The notes beneath the pieces are model-generated. The model searched no databases. It had not been told where the DNA came from and worked only from the letters and a program-made list of their open reading frames with translations. From IMG/VR virus record IMGVR_UViG_3300009448_000011, positions 41,688 to 105,687 of that record: a DNA stretch of 64,000 nt; one strand, 5' to 3'. Of the stretch, positions 19,901 through 28,781 are shown piece after piece; position 1 is the stretch's first letter, and each line of letters begins with the position of its first letter. Source of the stretch: a virus. The position numbers and the translations under genes are program-made.

Positions 19901-20503
19901 TCATTTAGCGGCCCAACTAGTACCCAATTTACATTCTGCTTTAGAAGGAAAATCAGGCACTAATTTATGTAATAATTCATCCATTGCTTTTTTCATTCCT
20001 AATTCTTGTGCAGCAGCATATTCATAAGAAATATCTTGAAATTTATATTCAGGAATATAAACTTCCCCATCTTTTCTTACATTTACTACTTCACCTTGTC
20101 CAGGGATATAAGTAATACATTCATCATGAACTAAGCCTACGATATAGCCTGGAGAAGAATGTTGTTTATACTTAGTATTAAGCTGAGTAAAAAACTGATC
20201 GATATAATGTGCGGCGCGTTTTGTCATAATACTAGAAAGGCCTTGTATAATGGTATTACAACCTTTACGCATAGTAGCGCCATCATTTTCTATTCCGTGA
20301 GCATTACCTTCGCCAACGAAATAGCGTCTATTTGTTATAGGACATTGTACCCATTTTTGATATCTAGCCAAAGAACTAGTATTATCAATATAGACTTGCA
20401 ATTCTGGAAATAAATTAAAATAGTTTTTAAGAAGTTGTTCAGCAACCTTAATATCTATTTGAAGAGCGGTAGAAATTCTATTAGCACTTCCACCATAAAT
20501 TAC
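19901..20503 (-). CDS. polA: PolA polymerase subunit, exon 3
   Basis: VIYGG, NTIIQG and motif C VHDE; the exon begins after the intron's terminal G at 20504. Confidence 0.9.
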   Translation of the reverse strand, partial: VIYGGSANRISTALQIDIKVAEQLLKNYFNLFPELQVYIDNTSSLARYQKWVQCPITNRRYFVGEGNAHGIENDGATMRKGCNTIIQGLSSIMTKRAAHYIDQFFTQLNTKYKQHSSPGYIVGLVHDECITYIPGQGEVVNVRKDGEVYIPEYKFQDISYEYAAAQELGMKKAMDELLHKLVPDFPSKAECKLGTSWAAK

Positions 20504-20556
20504 CTTAAACCCTAAATTTTCATCTAGGTTTGGACTATACCTTTTAATGTAATTAT

Positions 20557-20586
20557 TTGACATACATTAAAACACCGTGTTATAAT
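20557..20586 (+). promoter_or_regulatory. Sigma70-type promoter of cassette copy 2
   Basis: TTGACA-18 nt-TATAAT with extended -10 TG. Confidence 0.8.
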
Positions 20587-20613
20587 TAGTATAACAAAGA
20601 AACATTTTAGATA

Positions 20614-21192
20614 ATGGACATACAAACAGCGGCGAATTTACAAGAATTAATAGAACAAGATCCTTTAATAGAATTAATCGAAATATGGGATAAAGTTTTA
20701 TACATAAGAAAAGTAAAAGGCCGAGGAAGGTTTCATACTAAAAAAAATATTACTTTGTTAAAAAGTGGAATATACATCAATACAAAATATATACTCCAAG
20801 AATACAAAAGACTTCAAAAAAAATATCACCCTGATTTAAACAAAGGAAAAAAAAATTATGTTGAAATTTCAAAAAGCATTAATCAATGGAAAGACTTATT
20901 ATTTGAATGTGACGAAAGAGAACTCAATAGAACAGTATATCAGTTACTTATTACAACATGTGGACCGCTCACATCCATTTTCAGCATTGGAAAATCAGCA
21001 GACTTTATTTGGGGGCAAGAGGCCGGATTTCTCCACATCCCTAGATTTAATTCTGAACAGGAATTCAAGGAATGGAAAATTCCCTTTAGGAATTGGGCGG
21101 AAAAACTCGATGATTGCCGATTGCCTAGAAGTAAAAGGAAGTTCTCAGATGTTGAGCACTACGGAGTTAATGAAAGAGATCTTCCTTTTTGA
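20614..21192 (+). CDS. Cassette ORF-A copy 2
   Basis: IEIWDKVLYIRK, YKRLQKKYHPDLNKG; ends ERDLPF. Confidence 0.75.
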   Translation: MDIQTAANLQELIEQDPLIELIEIWDKVLYIRKVKGRGRFHTKKNITLLKSGIYINTKYILQEYKRLQKKYHPDLNKGKKNYVEISKSINQWKDLLFECDERELNRTVYQLLITTCGPLTSIFSIGKSADFIWGQEAGFLHIPRFNSEQEFKEWKIPFRNWAEKLDDCRLPRSKRKFSDVEHYGVNERDLPF

Positions 21193-21589
21193 TGCAGCAG
21201 AAACTATTGTTCCTACTTATGATGTTTCTATGTCTGATTTTCAATCTCAATATTTTCCATTGGGGAAAGAAAGCAAGAATTATTTCAGAAGTTATGTGCA
21301 GGAAGCACTTAATAGAGGCATCAAAGTGAAATCATTTACTTTTTGGTTTGCGGGCCCTCTAGTGTCTATTGAAGCCATCAAATTTTCTATTTATTGGAAT
21401 CGCGTGATCAAACAAATAGGTGGAATTCAAGTAGAAATCAAAGTTTTGTCTTTGGAACAATTAATTAATTACATCATTTCCAATATTCCAACAAAAAAAT
21501 GGTATGTATTAAATCAACATCCTTCTGTTTGTATGAGTAGAGCGCAGGTTGAAGCTCTAATAGAAGCTCAACTAGCCATTTTAGTATAA
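20858..21589 (+). CDS. Cassette ORF-B copy 2, PD-(D/E)XK endonuclease
   Basis: LENQ..KRPDFS...CLEVK. Confidence 0.75.
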   Translation: MLKFQKALINGKTYYLNVTKENSIEQYISYLLQHVDRSHPFSALENQQTLFGGKRPDFSTSLDLILNRNSRNGKFPLGIGRKNSMIADCLEVKGSSQMLSTTELMKEIFLFDAAETIVPTYDVSMSDFQSQYFPLGKESKNYFRSYVQEALNRGIKVKSFTFWFAGPLVSIEAIKFSIYWNRVIKQIGGIQVEIKVLSLEQLINYIISNIPTKKWYVLNQHPSVCMSRAQVEALIEAQLAILV

Positions 21590-21616
21590 TCTTTTAATAT
21601 CTAATTATCTTTAAGT

Positions 21617-21649
21617 CGCCTTGTACATTAATGTATTTAGGCGTTTTTT
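21617..21649 (+). terminator. Intrinsic terminator of cassette copy 2
   Basis: cgcct...aggcg hairpin followed by T6. Confidence 0.7.
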
Positions 21650-21787
21650 ATTATGTATTCTTAAAAGTCTCTGAACCATTTTATAAACTTTCATTTATAG
21701 CTGGCTGCTGATTGACATATAGTATTTTTTAAACTACTTAGTGTTCCAGCAATTGAGTGTTTTTTACTTCACCATAATTTACAATTT

Positions 21788-22051
21788 AGTGAAGCCGCAG
21801 ACTTTACCACGGTCTCTTCTTGTCCATCCATTCATATCTTTTTTAGCTTCTTTAATAACATTCCATTTAGGAACAGTAGCTAATTCAGGGTACATTCCAA
21901 TAGCCGAAACTACATGAAGATCCCCGTCAGGATTAGGATATGTTTCTTTTGTATGTGGATTAATAAGAAAGGGATTATGCACTTCGGCATCGAAAAACGC
22001 ATTAATCATTCTCTCTATTTTTGCTATACAAGCAATAGCTCTTACTTCTTG
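21788..22051 (-). CDS. polA: PolA polymerase subunit, exon 2
   Basis: QEVRAIA...GDLH...RDRGKVCGFT. Confidence 0.9.
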
Positions 22052-22271
22052 CAATATAGTTTTATTCTATACTGGCACTACTCTTCACCATCTCTATTAA
22101 GTACAGGTGTTTTACGTCAGTGCTCTACTCTTGCCCAATTAATATAATAGAATAATAGTTCTAATTAATTTGCTAGATCGGGATTAGTTTACTATCACTT
22201 TCCCCGAATTGGTAAAATATTTTTTATACTATTTCTAATATAAACGACCCTTTTTTATTGTATTTATTTGT

Positions 22272-22300
22272 TTGACATTCAGCCATATAAGAGATACAAT
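22272..22300 (+). promoter_or_regulatory. Sigma70-type promoter of cassette copy 3
   Basis: TTGACA-17 nt-TACAAT. Confidence 0.8.
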
Positions 22301-22327
22301 AAAAAAAAGACAAAAAACAAATAAGGT

Positions 22328-22900
22328 ATGGATGCTCAAACTTGTAGAAACCTACAAACATTAATTGATAAAGATAATAATATTGAACTCATAGAAATAT
22401 GGGCCAAGGTACTTTATCTAAGAATGAAAAAAGGAAAAAACAAGTTTTGCAGTAAAAAAGGAATAACTAATTTAAGCTCAGGAATTTATTTAAACTTAAC
22501 TAACTTTAAAAATGAATACACAAAATTGCAACGAAAATATCACCCAGACAAAAATGCAAAACATTTTGAAATTTCAAAAGGTATTAATCAATGGAAAGCA
22601 TTTATATTTGAATGTGACAAACGAGAACTTAATAGAACAGAACTTAATACATTACTTGAATCATGTCCCCCCAACACATCCTTATTCTCTCTTAGAGAAC
22701 CAGCAAGTTATTTACAACAACAAGAGACCGGACTTTTCAACCACCTTGACGACATTGCCAGGCACTATTGGGCCACTGTTACGCCTAAGCAAAGAGCTGA
22801 GGCAGAAGCTAGGGAAGAAGAATGGCTTGCTCGTCGATGTGGTAGAAACAAAGATGGAAGTAAATACGTCGACCCTTATGAAGGAACTTGTCCCTTTTAA
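22328..22900 (+). CDS. Cassette ORF-A copy 3
   Basis: IEIWAKVLYLRMKKG, LQRKYHPDKN; ends YEGTCPF. Confidence 0.75.
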   Translation: MDAQTCRNLQTLIDKDNNIELIEIWAKVLYLRMKKGKNKFCSKKGITNLSSGIYLNLTNFKNEYTKLQRKYHPDKNAKHFEISKGINQWKAFIFECDKRELNRTELNTLLESCPPNTSLFSLREPASYLQQQETGLFNHLDDIARHYWATVTPKQRAEAEAREEEWLARRCGRNKDGSKYVDPYEGTCPF

Positions 22901-23300
22901 AGAAGATGCACAACAATTTGTTGATTCATCTTTTAGAAAGGAACAATTTACTTTTAATGCAGAACGCGTTGTCAATTATAAATGTTACATAAGCAATTAT
23001 GTGAAAGCTGTTCAACAAAAAAAAGGTAAAGTAAAACAAATTACTTTTGCTTTTGTAGCTCCAAAAATAACAGTAGATGCATATGAATTGGCGTGGATTT
23101 TAACACATAGTCCAATTTACAATAATATTGGTGGCGTTAAAATCATAGTAGAATTATATACATTAGAAGCTTTTATCGAAAAACTGATTAATATAATCCC
23201 AGCCAATAAATGGTTCATTAAAAGTTCAATTCCTTTTAATTGTGTAAATGGGAGAGATGTAGATCTTCTAGTTAAAGAAAATAGAGCTATTATTATTTAA
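22512..23300 (+). CDS. Cassette ORF-B copy 3, PD-(D/E)XK endonuclease
   Basis: LENQ..KRPDFS...VVETK. Confidence 0.75.
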   Translation: MNTQNCNENITQTKMQNILKFQKVLINGKHLYLNVTNENLIEQNLIHYLNHVPPTHPYSLLENQQVIYNNKRPDFSTTLTTLPGTIGPLLRLSKELRQKLGKKNGLLVDVVETKMEVNTSTLMKELVPFKEDAQQFVDSSFRKEQFTFNAERVVNYKCYISNYVKAVQQKKGKVKQITFAFVAPKITVDAYELAWILTHSPIYNNIGGVKIIVELYTLEAFIEKLINIIPANKWFIKSSIPFNCVNGRDVDLLVKENRAIII

Positions 23301-23326
23301 TTTATTTATTTTTTATCTTTAGTAAT

Positions 23327-23356
23327 AAACTCAGTATATAGGTGTATACTGAGTTT
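23327..23356 (+). terminator. Probable terminator hairpin of cassette copy 3
   Basis: aaactcagtata/tatactgagttt inverted repeat followed by T-rich sequence. Confidence 0.6.
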
Positions 23357-23373
23357 CAATTTATATTTAGTTA

Positions 23374-23460
23374 AGCCGAGTAATCACTAATACCCACACA
23401 CATACCTTTAGGCGCCGCACCTAAAGCTTTTCTTACCGTTGTTGTAATTTCATATGACAT
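23374..23460 (-). CDS. polA: PolA polymerase subunit, exon 1 (29 codons, missing from the ORF track)
   Basis: MSYEITTTVRKALGAAPKGMCVGISDYSA; the spliced product is 29+88+200 = 317 aa. Confidence 0.85.
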
Positions 23461-23522
23461 ATTTAATTTTAAATTTGGTTTAATTAATGAAAAAGAATAA
23501 ATAGCAATAGAATTAAAATATT

Positions 23523-23876
23523 TTAAACAATATTATGTTTCAACAAAACAAGAATGATTTGTTTAATAATATCGCCATGACAATCATTAGGTTTGCACCA
23601 ACAAGCAAGTTTAAAATCTACCCCTTTTTTTTCTAATTGAGCTAAGCGAATCAATTCATCATAAACAGAGCCTTTTTTCAAAGAATACATTTGAAGAATC
23701 CAGGCCTTATAGAGCTGTAGACTTTCTGCAAGAGTTCTATTATGTCTAACTGCATAAGGATTATTTAAAGGGCTAGCTTTTAAATTGTAATAAGCATTTT
23801 TACGGCCAATGTAGATAATATCTTCGCCAACAAATCCGTCTTTTTTCCCATTGATAATGTGCATAGAGTTGTTCAA
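23523..23876 (-). CDS. DUF4326-like protein
   Basis: IYIGR..SPLNNPY...LACWCKPNDCHGDII. Confidence 0.8.
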   Translation of the reverse strand: MNNSMHIINGKKDGFVGEDIIYIGRKNAYYNLKASPLNNPYAVRHNRTLAESLQLYKAWILQMYSLKKGSVYDELIRLAQLEKKGVDFKLACWCKPNDCHGDIIKQIILVLLKHNIV

Positions 23877-23883
23877 TTAAATA

Positions 23884-25173
23884 TCAAAATTGATGTTGAT
23901 CAATAGAAATAACAGCAAGAGTAGAAGAAACTTGTTGTAAATTAGCAGAGCCACTAGAACTCATGCGACCTGTACTAGAACCTATAGAAGAAAAACCGAC
24001 ATGTACGTTATTAGTAGTACTATTAATAATAGAGTTATACTTCAAACATTCAGACCAAAGTTTACTATATTTTTTATAACGTAACAAATTTTTAATTAAA
24101 TTAATATGACTATATTTAGAAATCAAATAATTCTCATCAAATAAAGGTTCTTTTTCTTCATCAAGGGCTTCTTGTTTTAGTAGATCAAGATATAATTTTA
24201 TTTCATCTGCTTGCAAGCTAGATAAAGAAGCGCCGCCTAATTTAGTCAAATAATCATTAATAAAAGAAACTAAGCCCTTATTATTATTAAGTAAAGTTTT
24301 GACTTTATCAGGAATAACATACTTAAGTTCCCAATGACCTTGAGCATTAAGATCAGTATCAGTATAGATAGTAAAACCTAATTCATGTACTAAATAAGAT
24401 CTATGAAGATTAGTTTGTTCTTCGGCATAAGAAGTAATCTTAGCTAATAGAGAAGTATCGAGACACATGCCGTAATATTCCATTTTTGCACAAATAACAG
24501 TAGCTTGCTGATCTGATTCGTATGCAAATTGTTGATGAAGAAGATCAAGTTGAGTTTTAAATAAATAATAACCTTCAATTAATATAGAATTAATAGAAGA
24601 AAGTTTAGGAGCGCCAACATCTAAAGCGGCATAACCTAATTGGCTAGTAGTTAAAGGTCGTTCACCCCAAGAACTAGTAGCTTCACTTTTATCGAGATGG
24701 ATATCAAAATAATCCCTTGCTAAATCTTTAAGACCATGGCCTCTAAATATAGAAGCTTTCATTCCTGTAGTAATGGCCAAACTTTTCATTAAAGTCAAAG
24801 AACAAACAGTATTAACGGGCCAGGATTTAAACTCGTTATAAAATTGTTTTAAATCAAATTGACTATAGTGAAGTATTTTTAATATATTTTCATTAAGCAA
24901 TACTTTTGTATTAAATAAAGATTTAGCAGAAGAACTCAATAATATAAAATCTAAAATATAAGGAATAGAATGATTTATACTATTTAATTGAACTAAAGAT
25001 ATTTTAGAACTATGAGGATCCAAAGCACTAGGATTTACTTTAGATAAATCAATCATAGTTTCAGTATCCAGTGCAATTTCCTTACTTTCTACACAAAAAT
25101 CAATTATTGCCTCTATATCTTTATCTTCTGTTACATAATAAATATCAATTTCCGCTGTTTCTATTAATTTCAT
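23884..25173 (-). CDS. polA: PolA N-terminal subunit (3'-5' exonuclease and thumb)
   Basis: ALDTET, FDLK, YAALDV, TGRMSS..NLQQ; the ORF stops before motif A. Confidence 0.88.
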   Translation of the reverse strand: MKLIETAEIDIYYVTEDKDIEAIIDFCVESKEIALDTETMIDLSKVNPSALDPHSSKISLVQLNSINHSIPYILDFILLSSSAKSLFNTKVLLNENILKILHYSQFDLKQFYNEFKSWPVNTVCSLTLMKSLAITTGMKASIFRGHGLKDLARDYFDIHLDKSEATSSWGERPLTTSQLGYAALDVGAPKLSSINSILIEGYYLFKTQLDLLHQQFAYESDQQATVICAKMEYYGMCLDTSLLAKITSYAEEQTNLHRSYLVHELGFTIYTDTDLNAQGHWELKYVIPDKVKTLLNNNKGLVSFINDYLTKLGGASLSSLQADEIKLYLDLLKQEALDEEKEPLFDENYLISKYSHINLIKNLLRYKKYSKLWSECLKYNSIINSTTNNVHVGFSSIGSSTGRMSSSGSANLQQVSSTLAVISIDQHQF

Positions 25174-25235
25174 ATTAAAAAAAATATATAATTCTAATTA
25201 AATATTTAATTAGAGTATATAATATAGAATTAGGA

Positions 25236-25679
25236 TTAAGAAGACAAAGTAGAAATATCTTGTTTCAAAGATTCTATTTCAGAAGAAACAGCTAAAGAAT
25301 TAAAATCAAATTCAACAGAAGAAGAAAGGTCAGGATTAGGGGAAGAATCTTGTTGAAGTTGTTGAGAGACATAAGAATCTGCATCAAAAACAGAAAAGCC
25401 AGAAGATTGATCTAGAGAATTGGGGGCAACTCTAGGAATAGAGGGGGCCTCAGTAGAAATAGTGACTTGATTTTTGTCAGTATAACGAGGTTGAAAAGGA
25501 GAATCATTAGAGGAAGAAAGAGAAGAGTTGCGAGAATATAAAGAAGATGTAGAGCTTTTAACTGCTTCTGCGGCGGTATTTAAGATACAATCAATTTGAT
25601 ATGTTTTCTCTATTAATTCTTTCCGAGCAGCAACTAATTCTGAAACAGACATAGTTTTATAAGATTTCTTTTTTATCAT
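25236..25679 (-). CDS. Hypothetical Ser-rich protein
   Basis: ORF between recA and polA. Confidence 0.5.
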   Translation of the reverse strand: MIKKKSYKTMSVSELVAARKELIEKTYQIDCILNTAAEAVKSSTSSLYSRNSSLSSSNDSPFQPRYTDKNQVTISTEAPSIPRVAPNSLDQSSGFSVFDADSYVSQQLQQDSSPNPDLSSSVEFDFNSLAVSSEIESLKQDISTLSS

Positions 25680-25684
25680 AGGAT

Positions 25685-26779
25685 TTAAGAAAGATTTAGA
25701 ATAGAATTTAATTGAAGTTGGAGATCGAGATAAGAGTCGGGATGTTCCAAATAATAGTCGTAAACTTTTTGAAGACCTGCGACTTTTTTATCTAAATGAG
25801 GAACATAGAACCAAGCACCGTGTTGTTGAATAATATTTGCATCAAGAGATAAATTAACGGTATCAGCAAAAACATCAACACCTGCTATTATAGTATCATT
25901 TCGTTTAATAGGAAAAATAAAAGGAATTTCCACTTTTTTAAAGGGGGTAGAGGTTTTATTTTTAACAGCTTGAATAGAAACAATTTGACCTATTTTTTCT
26001 TTAGCGTCTTCAAGCCAACTAACACGATTTAAATCTAATCTAACAGAACAATAATAGTGAACAGCTCTACCTCCACAAGTAGTAGATTTAGAACCATAAC
26101 CAAGAAGATTCTGACCACGTTCTTGATTAAGTAAGATAATAGAAATATTACGTTCAGCAGCAAGAGTAACTAATTGTTTAAGAGCATTACTCATTAAGCG
26201 TGCTAAAGAACCAATCATAGTAGTACCCATTTCTTTTTTTTCATCTAGATCGCCACTAGGAACAAGAGCTGCTACAGAATCAAGAACAATTAAATTTAGT
26301 ACAGGATTACCAGCACTATCTTGTAATTTTATACCTGTTCGTATAGCCTCTAGAGCTTCTTCTGCAGAATTAGGTGCAAAGGTACAAAGTTTATCTAAAT
26401 TAACGCCACAATATATCATAAAGTCAGGATCTATAGCATGTTCAGCATCGACCCACATACAAAGTTTGTTTTGTTTTTGATAACTAGAAACAATATGGGA
26501 AGCCAAAGTACTTTTACCAACACTAGTATCTCCAAAAATCTCTATAATTCTGCCTACGGGGAGACCGCCGCCCAAAACGTTATTTAAACTTAAACAATCT
26601 AATTTAACTCTACCGACGCTTTCAAATTTATTTTTATTACGAAATCCAGCATATTGAGTACCAAACTTTTTACTAAGAGTTTTATCAAATAATTCTAAAG
26701 ATTCAAAGTCAGTTTCAGGTAGATCAGTTTCAAGTAGATCAGTTTCAAGTAGATCAGTTTCAGGTAGATTTTTTTTCAT
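25685..26779 (-). CDS. recA: RecA recombinase
   Basis: GGLPVGRIIEIFGDTSVGKST, DAEHA, DSVAAL, ARLMS, KNK; N-terminal ETDL(L/P) repeats. Confidence 0.93.
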   Translation of the reverse strand: MKKNLPETDLLETDLLETDLPETDFESLELFDKTLSKKFGTQYAGFRNKNKFESVGRVKLDCLSLNNVLGGGLPVGRIIEIFGDTSVGKSTLASHIVSSYQKQNKLCMWVDAEHAIDPDFMIYCGVNLDKLCTFAPNSAEEALEAIRTGIKLQDSAGNPVLNLIVLDSVAALVPSGDLDEKKEMGTTMIGSLARLMSNALKQLVTLAAERNISIILLNQERGQNLLGYGSKSTTCGGRAVHYYCSVRLDLNRVSWLEDAKEKIGQIVSIQAVKNKTSTPFKKVEIPFIFPIKRNDTIIAGVDVFADTVNLSLDANIIQQHGAWFYVPHLDKKVAGLQKVYDYYLEHPDSYLDLQLQLNSILNLS

Positions 26780-27542
26780 CTTTAAAATTAGTAATAGAGT
26801 TATATAAATAAATTAATTCAAAAAAAGTAGATTCAGACATACCAACATAGGAACCGACTTTATTTGTATATATATAGCAAAAATTACTACCAAAACTATT
26901 ATCAAAAGACTGAGTAGTAATTTTGGGCAATTCTTGTAGAGCAAAAAGGTAAGAAGAAGAAGGAGAAGAAGAAGTTAAAGTAAATAGAAATTTATAGATG
27001 CCCTGAGAAAAAGATTGAAAATGGTGTATAAGTAATAAAGGAAAAGTAGTTAAAAAAGTAGTCCAAATAGTAATAAAAGTTTTATAATCTAAATAAAAAT
27101 AAGAGTTATGAGTAAGGACTAAATGAATAATAATAAGTTTAATATTCTGAGAATAAGATTCTTTGTATTCTTTTAAAGAAGGTAAAAAAGAAGAAGTAGA
27201 TTTAAATCTACATTTAATTTCCACTTTAAGTTTACCTATATTGGATAAATAGAGAGAAGCATCGCCATCGCCATTAATAGAACCACTACCTCTAGTAGGA
27301 TTAAAAAAAGGTAAATTTTTTATAACAACTAATTCTTTAGTCTTACCCAATTTACTATAAGAGACTGCTTTAGATTTTTGAACAATATTTGCGGGATGTT
27401 TATTAATATCTTTATTAATAGGAGAATATAGTAAATACTTACTTTTTAAATTAGCTTTACATTCATGACATCTAGTTTCATAGTTTTTACAATTCAAAAA
27501 ATATTCAGCGGGACAGTTCTTTAATATAATTTCTTCTAACAT
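26760..27542 (-). CDS. Putative Holliday-junction resolvase or PD-(D/E)XK nuclease
   Basis: GSGSINGDGD...VEIK. Confidence 0.45.
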   Translation of the reverse strand: MLEEIILKNCPAEYFLNCKNYETRCHECKANLKSKYLLYSPINKDINKHPANIVQKSKAVSYSKLGKTKELVVIKNLPFFNPTRGSGSINGDGDASLYLSNIGKLKVEIKCRFKSTSSFLPSLKEYKESYSQNIKLIIIHLVLTHNSYFYLDYKTFITIWTTFLTTFPLLLIHHFQSFSQGIYKFLFTLTSSSPSSSYLFALQELPKITTQSFDNSFGSNFCYIYTNKVGSYVGMSESTFFELIYLYNSITNFKDEKKST

Positions 27543-28067
27543 ATGACTACTAATTTAAATTTAAAATATTCTATTACATTTAGTGCAGCCACAAAAGTAA
27601 TAGACAATAATGCTGAATTTTCATCTGAGGATATAGCGCAACAACAATTACAATTCAATAGCAATAGTTTAATTAATTCTGCGGCAAAAAGAATAGAGAT
27701 ACAATTATACCCTACACCTTATTTAACTCCGTCTATACATAGAGTATATGATTTAGATTTAAATTCTTTAAAAATTGGGTTTCTGAGAATGATTTATATT
27801 AAATCAGAAACCCAATTTTTATATTCAACAGCAGACAGTTTAATTAATTTAGGAACTGCACCTAGAGAATTAACACAATGTTATGTAATAGATAAAGGAT
27901 TCATGCCTTCACCTACTATATTCACCCCAGATATTCCTTATGCTAAATTTATTAGATTAATCAATCCTCTTGAAATTAATGGAGGAGGTTCAGGAAATAG
28001 TGAGGCAGATATTCCTATACTAGTTAGTTTATTAATTGTGTCTACGCCTGCTACTCCCCTTATTTAA
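27543..28067 (+). CDS. Hypothetical protein
   Basis: 174-aa ORF filling the gap between divergent genes. Confidence 0.55.
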   Translation: MTTNLNLKYSITFSAATKVIDNNAEFSSEDIAQQQLQFNSNSLINSAAKRIEIQLYPTPYLTPSIHRVYDLDLNSLKIGFLRMIYIKSETQFLYSTADSLINLGTAPRELTQCYVIDKGFMPSPTIFTPDIPYAKFIRLINPLEINGGGSGNSEADIPILVSLLIVSTPATPLI

Positions 28068-28354
28068 ATGGTAGGTTTATAAACAACAGGTTCTGCCGCC
28101 TCTTTATCACGTAAACCTACATAAATAAAAGGATTGCCTTTAAAAGAGGTAGATTTAATATATTCTCTATAGCCTGCGGGAACTATAAAACTAACTTCTA
28201 GATTAGTATTAGGTCTCATTTTTTTACCATTTAACTCTTTAAATTCACCACTAATAATAGTCAAAGTTTTATTATTATAGGGATTTTGTAGTTCAGTTCT
28301 AATAATCATATCTTCGTCACCAGGCAAAGAAAAATCAAAATCATCAATATCCAT
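28064..28354 (-). CDS. Hypothetical protein
   Basis: ORF. Confidence 0.5.
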   Translation of the reverse strand: MDIDDFDFSLPGDEDMIIRTELQNPYNNKTLTIISGEFKELNGKKMRPNTNLEVSFIVPAGYREYIKSTSFKGNPFIYVGLRDKEAAEPVVYKPTI

Positions 28355-28355
28355 A

Positions 28356-28781
28356 TCAACTTCTCCTAATATTATTTAATTCACTAAGTAGTAATTTCAT
28401 AAAAACGGGGTTATTTTTTCTAAAATCATCTGTGTATTCTTCTAAATTAACACAAGCTAAATCTTTAAAATACGCAATATTTTTATTAGTTTGAATTACT
28501 GCAATGTTGCTCCAATCTTTTAAAACAACAGTATTAAAAGCAACATTATATCTTTCTTCATAAGCTAAACGATAATAAGTTTCTGTAGATAAACAAAAAG
28601 CTATTTCTTTTGTTAGTTTATGACAACTAATTTTACGCATAGCTTGTGTTAATGAATATATAGGAATAAGAGAAGGATTTCTTTTACGAGTAAAGAACCC
28701 TTTTTTTATTAACTTTAATAATAACTTTTCTTTGGTATTTTTTATATGTGGCACATTTAGTAGCATAAGAATTAACTTCAC
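28356..28781 (-). CDS. Hypothetical protein (true start probably downstream)
   Basis: ORF overlaps the 3' end of DHFR. Confidence 0.4.
   Translation of the reverse strand: MKLILMLLNVPHIKNTKEKLLLKLIKKGFFTRKRNPSLIPIYSLTQAMRKISCHKLTKEIAFCLSTETYYRLAYEERYNVAFNTVVLKDWSNIAVIQTNKNIAYFKDLACVNLEEYTDDFRKNNPVFMKLLLSELNNIRRS

Larger units (their letters stand above)
20504..21787 (-). mobile_element. Group I intron 2 in polA motif B (1284 nt)
   Basis: P1 CUUCACU/GGUGAAG with U.G pair; P AAUUGCUGGAA; Q AAUCAGCAGC; R UUCAGAGACU; S AAGGUAUAGUCC; P9; omega-G; P10 with exon 3. Confidence 0.9.
22052..23373 (-). mobile_element. Group I intron 1 in polA motif A (1322 nt)
   Basis: 5' splice site GCU|UAA; IGS GGUCG near 22249-22245; P3 UUUUAC/GUAAAA; P AAUUCGGGGAAA; Q AAUCCCGAUC; P7 GCACU/AGUGC; omega-G at 22052; restores DYSAQEVR. 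Confidence 0.88.

Noticed and set aside
20504-20563. ORF-track N-terminus MSNNYIKRYSPNLDENLGFK of 19901-20563
   Set aside because: This is intron sequence (P8, S, P9); the real exon starts at 20503.
23461-23900. Intron or split intein joining the two polA halves
   Set aside because: No group I/II core or intein terminal motifs are visible, and the interval holds an intact DUF4326 gene.
26709-26768. 15-nt tandem repeats at the recA 5' end, and AT-rich microrepeats near 3750 and 58700
   Set aside because: These are simple slippage-type low-complexity repeats with no spacers or evident function.
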